Assembly (NCBI RefSeq): GCF_006345805.1
Contig: NW_021835973.1
Span: 1-64,000 of the forward strand
DNA length: 64,000 bases
Direction of reading: 5' to 3'
Source of the DNA: Octopus sinensis
Taxonomy: Eukaryota
Part shown: piece by piece, positions 26,901 through 38,900 of the stretch
How the letters are laid out: every line of letters starts with the position of its first letter
How positions within the stretch are numbered: position 1 is the first letter of the stretch
Notes under the pieces: model-generated
Database searches by the model: none
The model's input: only the letters and a program-made list of their open reading frames with translations
Told to the model about the DNA's origin: nothing
Made by a program: the position numbers and the translations under genes

Positions 26901-27278
26901 GACGGGGACATAAACACACCAGCATCGATTGTCAAGCATTGCTAGGGGGACAAACACAGACATATACGACGGGCTTCTTTCAGTTTTCCGCCTGCCAAAT
27001 CCACTCACAAGGCTTTGGTCGGCCCGAGGCTATAGTAGAAGACACTTGCCCAAGGTGCCACGCAGTGGGACTGAACCCGGAACCATGTGGTTGGTAAGCA
27101 AGCTACTTACCACACAGCCACTCCTGCGCCTATAAACAAAAAACAAAAAACAAAAAAGAAAACAAACCCACTGACCTTTCACCAATAATTTGTCCCGAAT
27201 TGAAATTCTTTTATGTATCATAATCTCTTGTTTGGAACCATCCTGCTGTTGACGAAGTTTCTTTGATAAGGTAATCAT
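17866..27278 (-). CDS. UBE2F: NEDD8-conjugating enzyme UBE2F, join(27278-27176,25700-25537,21156-21054,20900-20842,19008-18946,17922-17866), 182 aa
   Basis: Six GT-AG exons with compatible phases (103+164+103+59+63+57=549 nt). They translate to [47 protein letters not shown]...[93 protein letters not shown], colinear with UBE2F as I recall it. HPNI...C catalytic motif intact. Confidence 0.97.
18946..19008 (-). CDS. UBE2F: UBE2F coding exon 5
   Basis: tttcag|GAT CTT CTG...GAT AAG|gtattt; [21 protein letters not shown]. Confidence 0.96.
19920..20330 (-). mobile_element. HERO-clade (R2-superfamily, restriction-like endonuclease) non-LTR retrotransposon 3' fragment
   Basis: Frameshift-corrected [75 protein letters not shown]; FP.EVGCRGF and EKAS.W.WL.R motifs. 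Confidence 0.8.
20842..20900 (-). CDS. UBE2F: UBE2F coding exon 4
   Basis: ccatag|GT TGG GCC CCT...TTT TCA|gtaagt; [20 protein letters not shown]. Confidence 0.96.
21054..21156 (-). CDS. UBE2F: UBE2F coding exon 3 (catalytic Cys)
   Basis: cttcag|CCT CCC AAA...ATG ATG G|gtgagt; too short for the ORF track, read manually. Confidence 0.96.
21460..23632. repeat. 90/91-bp minisatellite, about 24 copies, in UBE2F intron
   Basis: Unit gggttggacagtttggcaggaactgcactaggctctgttgtccattttggtacagtttcaatggctggatgcccttcctaatcccatccac; spacing 91 (21462, 21553, 21644...). Confidence 0.97.
23999..24329. mobile_element. hAT-Charlie-like MITE (deleted copy 24441-24565; fragments 20320-20437, 23855-23960, 37700-37997)
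   Basis: TIR-like ca-tggttctcaa / ttgagaaccactg; shared internal ggacccctttgattgctattttattctg. Confidence 0.65.
25537..25700 (-). CDS. UBE2F: UBE2F coding exon 2
   Basis: ttacag|AA GTC CCA...AAC ATA GTT|gtgagt; [24 protein letters not shown]. Confidence 0.96.
27176..27278 (-). CDS. UBE2F: UBE2F coding exon 1 (ATG at 27278; acceptor AG at 27284-27283 implies an upstream UTR exon)
   Basis: tttcag|GAAG ATG ATT ACC...GTG AAA G|gtcagt; MITLSKKL N-terminal motif. Confidence 0.95.
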
Positions 27279-28229
27279 CTTCCTGAAAGTAAACATGGTA
27301 TAGTATCATCATCATCACCATCACTACCACTGTAGAATCTTCTATGTAGTCACTCTAACTCGCTAAAAATAGCAGCCATGGCCCTCACATCTTTTTCCAG
27401 GCATAATATTTCAGAATAATATGTCTGGATTTTTTTTTCTGCACAAAACAGTTATATCTGCAGAAAACAATTTTATATTACCAACCAACCTCATGCTGAG
27501 GAATGCTATGTTTGAAATCCCTTTTTCTTTGAGATATTGCAGAAAATACCGATTCTGTTTCTTATTAGATATTTAACTCCCCAACATTCAGGTTTCTCTG
27601 TCAAATGCAATATTTATTTATTCACATTGTTTTAAATTAATCATGCGTTAACATATAGCATCAATCATCATCATCATCGTTTAACGTCCGCTTTCCATGC
27701 TAGCATGGGTTGGACGACTTGACTGAGGTCTGGCAAACCAAATGGCTGCACCAGACTCCAATCTGATCTGGCAGAGTTTCTACAGCTGGACGCCCTTCCT
27801 AACGCCAACCACTCCGAGAGTGTAGTGGGTGCTTTTACAGTGCCACAGGCACAGCAGTCAGTCCAGCAGCACTGGAACGATCTCGCTCGAATGTTTTGTT
27901 CAAGTGCCAGTGAGGCGATGCTGACAACGATCACGCTCAAATGGTGCTCTTTTAATTGCCAGACAGCTGCTCTGGCAGTGATCCTGCTTGGATGGAGCTG
28001 TTAGCGCTCCACTGGCATGGGTGCCAGTCATCGAATATCATGGACTTTTGTATATATTTTCAGGTTAAACCAAAATGATATTGTAGCAGACTGAAAATCC
28101 ATTTTGATGTGGACCTCATGTTCCAGGCCCGCAGTTTGAGGAAACCAGCTCCAAGATCATGGAACATTTGAACTCTAGAAAAGAGAAAAAAATAATGACC
28201 AAACTGAGAGACAGCCAGTTTTGCAATCT

Positions 28230-29560
28230 CCTAAATGCTCAGCCTATAAACATGCTTTTGTGCTTGGGCTGGCTGATCAAACTGTCAGAAGAATTTTAGA
28301 CACCAATCTCAAGTTCCACCATACAAAATGATGGTTGTTCAGGAATTTTGATGGCTGTGAGTACAAAAACTGCAAGGCATGTTGTGAGGATAGGCTTCAC
28401 AATGGTCCAGCAGATGCTGATCTTCACACAGATGATGAAACACTTTCGTATGTCTGGCTGCATCAATAAACAGGATTCTCACTCCAGGACAAAACCACAA
28501 TCTTACAGAGCGTTAAGAAACAACTCTACTGAACAAACAAGTTACTATGTGGGAAGCTGTTGCAAATTTTGATGATTGAGGGCCCCCGATTTTGAGGAAA
28601 GAGGCCATGCCATTACAGTAATATCCTATCAGTATGTGAATGAACTTTAGAACTTACTAGAGCCAAAACTCACGGACCTTAGAAATTCAGATATATGGAG
28701 AAAGGTTGTGGATGTGGGAGACCCAGGAAGACATGGGATGAAATACTGAAGGCCGATCTCAAAATGCTAAGCCTTACGAAAGATGACAGGGGACTGAGAT
28801 CATCATACTGGCAGGGGTTGGATGGTTTGACTGATGACTGGCAAGCCAGGAGGCTGCACCAGGCTCCAATCTGATCCGGCAAGGTTTCTACAGCTGGATG
28901 CCCTTCCTAACACCAAAATGTGGTGCATTGTTGTACTCAAGAAGACTTTCCCACCACAACAGAATTGAGATCCTAAAAACAAGGTGTCATGTAAAAAGAA
29001 TTGGTGTGGGTGCTGGTGCCATATATAAAAGCACCCAGTACACACTGTAAAGTGGTTGGCATTAGGAAGGGCATCCAGCCATAGAAACTATACCAAAACA
29101 GACTACGGAACCTGGTGCAACACCTGACTTTGGCAGTTCCTGTCGAACCAACCAACCCATGAAATCCTGGAAAACAGACATTAAATGATGATGAGAATGG
29201 TGTCAACAGGTTGGAGCCACCACTCACTCAGCGAAAAAACCAATGGAAATTTGGAGAAGACCTTTTCCAGGACACTTGACATTGGATAGTCTCCATGTTC
29301 ACCTGATCTCACCACCTGTGATTATTTCTGATTTTTTTTTTTCCTGGGGTTACCTGAAAGCTGAGGTCTATAAACATCAACCATCAACCGTTGACAAATG
29401 GAAGACTACTATATGTCAAAACAAATTTCAGAAATGTCTTTCAGTGCTGGCTCTGAATTCTATAGAAAATCTGCAGTGAAGAATTTTAAATAAAATAATG
29501 GAATATGAAATCCATTTCGAAGTAAACAATATCAAAGTGGCAAACTTCGTGGCTCAAACT
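28230..29560 (+). mobile_element. Decayed Tc1/mariner-superfamily transposase remnant interrupted by SINEs
   Basis: Frameshifted ...DQTVRRIL...YKMMVVQE...HFRMSGCINKQ and SDFFFSWGYLKAEVYKHQPSTVD, resembling the SPDL.P.DFFLWGYLK..VY motif. Confidence 0.65.
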
Positions 29561-30508
29561 GTTACACCGGACACACACACGAGTGCGGCTGATGAGACAT
29601 TTGCTAACAAAGAAATACCGGACCTCATTATAATACAGCACACGGAACCAAACCCAAAGAGAAGAGGCAGTTAATGATACACAACTGTCTGTTATAGAAT
29701 TGTACACAATATTAAGATTAGCAATGAAAGCATTCTTTGCTAATAACAATGTACAAACCAAACAATTACTACGGGAATATTAGGGAGAGCAACATTAGAG
29801 GTAACGGCCGAATTTCAAAACCGGTGATGACACAAAACAACAGCTATAATCCTCATTGTCCACTATAAAAAAAAAAGGTCATACCAAATGACACTAACTT
29901 CGCTGAAGCGAGCAAGAAGGAGCTTCTCGGTGGTCGTTCGATCTGTTAGAAATAGCAGGCAAATATTCTCGTAAAGCCATACGCGATCGTCTTAGGACAA
30001 AATACAAAAGACACATTGGCCACAGTGGTTCTAGGTATACAGAACAAAAGAATGCAATCTCCACCCCATTCCACCCAACCACAATAAATAACAACAACTA
30101 CAAAAACAAGCGACAATGGCAAAAACGCATGATCACAGATGCAACGCTTTCTTTCTTTTTTTTTTCGCCATGGCCTTGCTCGATCAAGGTTGACCGGGAA
30201 CTAAAATCTAGAAACCTTGATGGACGAAGCCGTATATTTCCCAAACAAAACGAGCAGAAACGACTATAAATCATTGATGAACAACATATATAATAAACTT
30301 GAGTAGTTAAGGTTTCACTTTCTTTTTTTTAAAAAATTCCGTCAAACATAGACATATATACATACATACACATATATATATATATGCGCAGGAATTTGGT
30401 GTATAAATAAACTCTGGAGTTATTTAGTCTACGGAGATCTTTGCCAACTCAACCACTTCTTGAGTTTTTTTGGTTTGACTGCAAATTCTATTCACATTTT
30501 TGTAGTAT

Positions 30509-30543
<35 letters not shown>

Positions 30544-31291
30544 ATTTCAAATTTTGGCACAAGGCCAGTAATTTTAACTGGTACTTTATTCTATCGACCC
30601 CGGAAAGGATGAAAGGCAAAAATCGACCCCGGAGTGCATCTGAACTGAAAGCGTATAGACCGGACGAAATCCTGCTAAGCATTTTGTCGTCCGGCGTGCT
30701 AACGATTCTGCAAGAGCTCGGTACCATAATAATAAATGATCGTTTCGAATTTTCTCAGAAAGCCAGCAATTTTTGGTGGAGGGAATAAGTCGATAACATC
30801 GACCCCCGGTGCCCAATAATAATATTGTCCATGTTGCAGTTTAATTCTGGGTCCGATCTGACTGAGCAAACCTAAAATTAAATGCTTCAAACATTAAGTT
30901 TTTACAAAGTAGATTGTATCCAGGACTGCATTCTTCCATTCTTCCTACGAGCACACATTTCCTAGAGGACGAAAGCGGAGATTTAGCAGTTATTTCTAGC
31001 AGATCTGAGTGTCTCACTGCGTAACAGCTCTTTTCTTCAGTGCAATTTTATATATATGCATATATATGTATATATAGGCACACATAGACATCTCAAAATC
31101 AAAGACACCCCTCATCTCTCTCTGTATATATATATATATATATATATCGTATATACATACATATATTTGTGTATATGAGTGTCTATTTACTTTTGAGGTA
31201 TCTATGTATACATACAAGTATGTACATACATATATATATTGGTGTGAGCGTATACATATCTACTTAAGAAATGTATGTGTGAATATATATA

Positions 31292-31329
<38 letters not shown>

Positions 31330-31859
31330 TACATCTGTGTAGGTAAAGAGTGGGGAAAAAAATAAAAAGATTGCTGAATATCGAATACATTTAGTAAAAT
31401 AAGGCAAAAAATTGAAGACGAAGGAAAAGTTTTGAGGATACTTACTGTGTTTGGGTGAAATATATGGGAATAAAAATATCTAATTAGTGAAATATAAATC
31501 TTCCTTTATATCTCTCTCTACCTTACTATATACACACACAACAGATACATTTATATATGTGTGTATATATACATTTATATGTATATAAATATATATATAT
31601 ATTAGATTGAAGACACCTCAGATCTTAAGAGAGAAGAGAGAGAAAGTTGCTATTAAACAAGAAATGACGTTAATTAACAGATGCGACTACGCAAGCGGCC
31701 CCCGACTCTTGCTATCCCAGTATTCCATGCGAACAGATGTGAAACCCCTTATGTCGTTACAAAAGGTTTTTTTTTTTAATATTTTGCTGAAAAGTTTTTA
31801 GGAATCGAAATACTTTTCGAATAAAAAAGTTTATTAGTTTATTGATATAAGTTATGGAT

Positions 31860-32305
31860 GGATCTTTTCGGTTTGAACGGCAGTTTTTTTTTTTTTTAAT
31901 AATTTCTACGTAGCTAAACACTTTTAAATTTCATATACTGGTAGAATGTGTTTTTATAAAACATCTTTTTCCTCTTGGCTTTTATTGAGGAAAATTCTAT
32001 AGTTTGTAAGATATTTGTTGTTTTGTTTTCTTCTTCAATTTCTGCAATTTCAACCAATCAATGACGTCTATTGAGGTAAAAAAAAAAAACATTCTGTGCC
32101 GAATGAATATGTCCCTCGTTTAAGAAACAGATTGGGTTTATTTACATTTTATATACATTTGTGAAGAAAAAAAAGATACCCTTCCCCCCACCCATAACCC
32201 TAAAACAGATTGAAATGCAATAGATCGATACTAGGGTCATAATTATGGGTGACAATTTCATGTGACACCGCTAGAAAAAAACTGCCGGTCAAACGGAAAA
32301 GATCC
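31860..32305. mobile_element. MITE with ~28-bp terminal inverted repeats
   Basis: ggatcttttcggtttgaacggcagttttt / aaaaaactgccggtcaaacggaaaagatcc. Confidence 0.75.
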
Positions 32306-32639
32306 AAAGTTTGTTGATATAAGTTATTATATATATTTATTATTTATATATATTTATTTATATATTTATTATTTATATATGTTTATTTATATATTTATTA
32401 TTTATATATATTTATTTATATATTTATTATTTATATATTTATATATATTTGTGTGTTGGTGAGAGTGTTATTAGTTATTATTTATTATAAACATTGGTAA
32501 CGTCGTTGGACTTAGCGTGTATGAAATTAAATACAGAGATGGAGGATGGAGGATGTAGAGTAACAAAGACGTAAACTACAGCTGTTGATGTAACGTTTTA
32601 TATACACACAACAGAGAGACACACACACGCATACATAGA

Positions 32640-34722
32640 TACATGCGCAAACACATATACATACATACATACATGCATACATACATACATACATACATAC
32701 ATGCATACATGCATACATACATACATACATGCATGCATGCATACATATATACATACATACATACATGCATACATACATACATACACACATGCATACATGC
32801 ATACATACATATATACATACATACATACATGCATGCATACATACATACATGCATGCATACATACATACATACATACATGCATACATGCATACATACATAC
32901 ATACATACATGCATAACATACATACATACATACATACATACATACATACATGCATACATGCATACATGCACATACATACATACATACATACACATACATA
33001 CATACATGCATGCATACATACAACATACATGCATACATGACATACATACATACATACATACATAACATACATGCATACATGCACATACATACATACATAC
33101 ATGCATACATGCATACATGCATACATACATACATACATACATGCATACATACATACATACATGCATACAATACATACATACATACATGCATACATACATA
33201 CATACATACATACATGCATACATACATACATACATGCCATACATACATACATACATACATAATACATACATGCATACATGCATACATACATACATACATA
33301 CATGCATACATGCATTACATACATACATACATACATACAGCATACATGCATACATACATACATACATGCATACATACATGCATACATGCATACATGCATA
33401 CATACATACATACATTACATACATACATGCATACAGCATACATACATACTACATACATACATGCCATACATACATACATGCATGCATACATACATACATT
33501 ACATACATACATACATACATACATGCATACATGCACATACATACATACCATACATACATACATGCATACATACATACATAATGCATACATACATACATGA
33601 CATACATACATACATGACATACATACATACATACATGCATACATACATACATACATACATACAAACATACATACATGCATACATAATACACATACATACA
33701 TATATACATACATACATACATACATGCATACATGCATACATACATACATACATACATACATGCATACATGCATACATACATACATACATACATACATACA
33801 TACATGCATACATGCATACATACATACATACATACATGCATACATGCATACATACATACATACATACATACATACATACATGCATACATACATACATGCA
33901 TACATGCATACATACATACATACATACATACATGCATACATGCATACATACATACATACATACATACATACATGCATACATGCATACATACATACATACA
34001 TGCATACATACATACATACATACATGCATACATGCATACATACATACATACATACATGCATACATACATACATACATACATACATACATACATGCATACA
34101 TGCATACATGCATACATACATACATACATACATGCATACATGCATACATACATACATGCATACATACATGCATACATGCATACATACATACATACATACA
34201 TACATGCATACATACATACATGCATACATGCATACATACATACATACATGCATACATGCATACATACATACATACATACAAACATACATGCATGCATACA
34301 TACATACATACATACACATACATGCATACATTCATACATACATACATACATGCATACATGCATACATACATACATACATACATACATGCATACATGCATA
34401 CATACATACATACATGCATACATACATACATACATGCATACATGCATACATACATACATACATACATACATACATACATACATGCATACATACATACATA
34501 CATGCATGCATACATACATACATACATACATACATACATCATACATACATACATACATACATACATGCATACATACATACATACATACATACATACATAC
34601 ATACATGCATACATACATACATACATACATACATACATACATACATACATACATACATACATACATACATGCATACATACATACATACATACATACATGC
34701 ATACATACATTCATACATGCAT
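32640..34722. repeat. ~2.1-kb (CATA)n/(CATG) tetranucleotide satellite
   Basis: Direct reading; source of the (YIHT)n/(MYVC)n ORFs. Confidence 0.98.
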
Positions 34723-35531
34723 GAAAGAAATATACAAGGGAGATAAATCCTTGTAATTTGGAATTATTCAAGGGAAGTAATTCCTTTCGTTTAGTTATGG
34801 ACCAGTAATAATTTCCTCATATTTGAGCTATTATAAAGTATTTTTCGGTCGATAAGTGACGAAGTATTAGGGTTCTGGTGTCCGTATTAAGTGTACGTTT
34901 TGTAGTATTAAAAAGGTTGGGAACCACTGTCCTACCACGGGGCTACGCGCCTTCGAAACACTTTTATATATAAATACTCAAAAAAGAGCACGAACTCTTG
35001 TTCTAATCCTACACAAATACAATTAGAAAACTTTGGCTTCTAATTTAGGCACAGAATTAGCAATTTTAATGGGACTGCATCAATATCAGTACTCAAGTGG
35101 TACTTTATTTTATCAGCCCCGAAAGGTTGACAGGCGAAGTCGACCTTGGCGGCATCTGAACTCAGACCGTAAAAAGCCGGAAGAAATACCGTTGAGAATT
35201 TCATCCGACTCTCCAGCAATTCTATTCCAATCACAGTCTCTCATCAAAATCACCTGACAAAGAAACACAACTCAAAAATTTAAATATGTTAATTAATTTT
35301 TTTATTAATTACTTATTAAGAGATGTGTGCTATCTCCAGTACTGTTGATCTCACTAACTTCAGTTGCCAAAAAATATCCCGTTAACCACGAAGGTGGGAA
35401 TAAAATAAATCTTTAGAAGCGACTTTCCATTTTGGTCTGATTTCTCTCGTCGTAGGCGGCCTTCATTCACATCTCTTCTTTCTTCTTAAAGACAATCATT
35501 CAACCGCGTACGCACACACACATTAATATAC

Positions 35532-35566
<35 letters not shown>

Positions 35567-35674
35567 GTTTATTAATATTTAGCAATAGATACATAGAATA
35601 GCTAACGAGAGTGAAATGATATTTCTGAGTGAGTGTTGGCAGTGGACGTAAGCGGCCTCGGCTACAGTAGAACT

Positions 35675-35724
35675 ATGGCGGAGTTCCAGTGGCCGTGGCA
35701 ATACAACTTTCCCCCTTTCTTTAC
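35675..35724 (+). CDS. VPS25: VPS25 exon 1
   Basis: actATGGCG...TTC TTT AC|gtaagt. Confidence 0.95.
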
Positions 35725-35909
35725 GTAAGTCTTGGATAAACCCACCGAATATCTCTGATATTACATGCACACCTGTATTCACATAACTCATAGCTATTAC
35801 GTAAGCAATAATGTATTGTTAGACACCTTAAGAATGTCCTGTCTATTTTCGTTTTCTACCCCTTGCTTGTTGACAAGAATGACTGTTGGTGTGTTTGTGT
35901 GAATGTATG

Positions 35910-35956
<47 letters not shown>

Positions 35957-38900
35957 CAGTTGTGTGTGTATGCTGTGGTGCACCTGAGCACTGTATACAA
36001 TAATTTCATTATATATACATATATATATATCATACATTTATTTATATATGTGTGTGTACAGAAAGGCGTGTTGTTTAACTGAGTGAGCTCAGCGGATTTA
36101 TAACCAAAGCTGTTCCATCCGTGACTACCAAGTTGTAACGGGCAGGATTAAATTATCCGTTATGCCTTCCCTTAAGTCGACAGCGCTTGTGTTTTGAAGG
36201 CGATTTGTCTGCTATTTCTAGCAGGTTAAGCGACTACATAGTGGTTCATTCATTACTTCAGTATCAGAAGAATTAGTCCTACAAGAATTTAATGTCTCGA
36301 TCAATTTGTATCTATTGTGTGTAAGAAATATGGGCATTCTTTCGATATAACTCGACAAAATCAAAACATTTCACTTCGGGCATTTCCGTGGGTTGTGGAA
36401 TAATAGATATAACGAAATTATGCCAGCAATGTCTCGTTTTAAACTTTAAAGAAAAGAAGCCTTGCATATTTCTTCTTACCTCTTTCACGTGTGGATGTAA
36501 AATCTGCAAATTTCCAAGCAGAAAACAGAATCGAACTGTCATTTGCTTCCACGGAAATACCCGAAGTGAAATGTTTTGATTTTGTCGAGTTATATCGAAG
36601 GAATGCCGAAATATGTGTAGTTTTCCATTTTACAGCGGAATACCATTGCAGCTATCAAAGAGAGAATGGGCGTATTTTGAATGGTGCCCCAGCATGGCCG
36701 CGGCCTTCGGGCTAAAACATTTTAAAGGATTTTAAGGATTTAAGTAGATATGAAAGTTAAATTCTTGCCTTAACTACACAAGCGTACCTCTCCCCGACAC
36801 TCTCCCATAACTTCGAGAAAAATGGATATTGGCAATCCATCGCTTTTGGTCTCATTCTTCCATCAGTGTTCGCCAATTTCTGTAAAGTCTTTATTTATTT
36901 ATTTACCTTTATATTCATGTCCTGTTGGAGTTGGCATTCGCTTTGAAATGGATGAGGAAGGTGAAAAACGAAAAGATGATCCTATTTTGTTTGCTTGTAT
37001 GTATGTTTGTTTGCCGAACAATGATGGCAAGTCTGAGACGAAAAACGATAGAATGCCTAGATATTTATTAATGACATTTTCTACAAATACGCTTGAGATT
37101 GAGTAGAATCCTATTGTATCGGAATTTGTTGGGGAAAATGTTTTATCCGAGGGTGGGGAGAGAAGTTTTGGAAAATTCACATGAGCCGGTTTTTTTTTTC
37201 ATAACTTTCAGAAAAATGGGTATTTTTTAAATAAAATTTTCTTAAAATAGCTATCAGATGGTGTAGATTACAATGATATGAGGATTTAATAACATCATCA
37301 TCATTTAACGTCCGCCTTCTATGCTGGCATGGGTTGGACGGTTTGACAGGAGACTGCACCAGACTTCTGTCTGTTTTGGCATGGTTTTTACGGCTCGATG
37401 CCCAACCACCTAGCAAAAAAATAAATGATGGTCTCGCACACTTACATACTGACACAAGGTAACCCTATCTACAAAATGAAACTGGAAATTTCTAAAAATA
37501 TTGTGATGTGTGTTAGTGTGTATGTTCACATGCTCAACAATTTCATTTTTCAAATTAAATTACAATATCATCGTAAGCTACTCCATCTGAAAGGTATTTG
37601 TAGAAAATTTCATTATAAAGTACCCATTTCTTTTTTTGAGAGTTAGGAAGCCAACTTGTGTGAATTTTCTGAAACTCCTTTGCCAACCCTCAGAAAAAAA
37701 TTTTCACAACTTATGAAAATAATTTACACCAGGGTCCACAGATGCAATATAGTAATTAGGGGATCCACAGTAATTTTTCCGGAGCCATAAAAATATTGTG
37801 CATCAGACCAGTAAAGTTTACATGCATTAAACTGGTAATAAGTCCACAAAATATTTTAACAATTTTTATAAAATTCCTGATAATATTTAATCATAAAAAT
37901 ACAATAGGATTTTTAAAATACTGAATAATTAAGAGGGTCCAACTAAGTAGTAAGAATCAAAGGGGTCCATAGGTAAAAGATGGTTGGGAACCTCTGATCT
38001 CTACCATCTGAAGCATATTTGCAGAAAATTTCATTTAAAAAATAGTCATTTTTCTGGAAGTTATGAGGAAACAAAGTCTGGGTGGGGAGGGGAAAACTTG
38101 TAAAGGTAGGTTTGGCAAATTCTTAATGAGTAACCCTGTAATTAATTAGAATCTCCAATCTGTTGTATGCTAAAAATATACAGAGGAAAGTTAATAGCCG
38201 ATTCTGATTGTTATCCCATTCTTTAGAAGTACATTTCAAATTGCAAATACCTGAAAATATTGAAAAAAGAAACCGATAAAAGTACAACCATCGACTTGTA
38301 TTATTTCTTAATACTTGCATTGTTTTGGTTAAAAAAATGAAAAACATATATATATATATATATCACCATCATCTTTTAACGTCCTCTTTCCATGCTGGAA
38401 TGGGTTAGACACTTTGGCTGGAACTGGTAAGCTGGAGTGCTACATCAAGTTCCAGTCTGATTTTGGCTTGGTTTCTATGGCTGGATGCCCTTCCTAAAGC
38501 CAACCACTCCAAGAGTGTAATGGGTGCTCTTTACAAGCCACCAGCATGGGCACCAGTTACGTGACACCAGCATCAGTCCTGACTACGATTTCACTTGGCT
38601 TGATAAGTCTTCTCAATCACAGCACATTGCCAAAGGTCTCGGTCATTTGTCGTCACCTCTGTGAGGCCCAGATATCATCATCATCGTTTAACGTCTGTTT
38701 TCCGTGCTAGCACGGATTGGACGGTTCGCCCGGGGTCTGGGAAGCCAGGAGGCTGTACCAGGCTCCAGTCTGATCTGGCAGTGCCAGCCTCACCTGGCAC
38801 CTGTGCCAGTGGCATGTAAAAAGCACCTACTACACTCATGGAGTGGTTGATGTTGGGAAGGGTATCCAGCTGTAGAAACACTGCCAGATCAGACTGGGGC

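Noticed and set aside
32527-34771. ORFs of 200-490 aa of (YIHT)n/(MYVC)n
   Set aside because: Pure translation of the CATA/CATG satellite; open in many frames on both strands, with no splice or homology support
36822-37180. Overlapping 93-94 aa ORFs in VPS25 intron 1
   Set aside because: No motifs, no splice context; length within chance expectation
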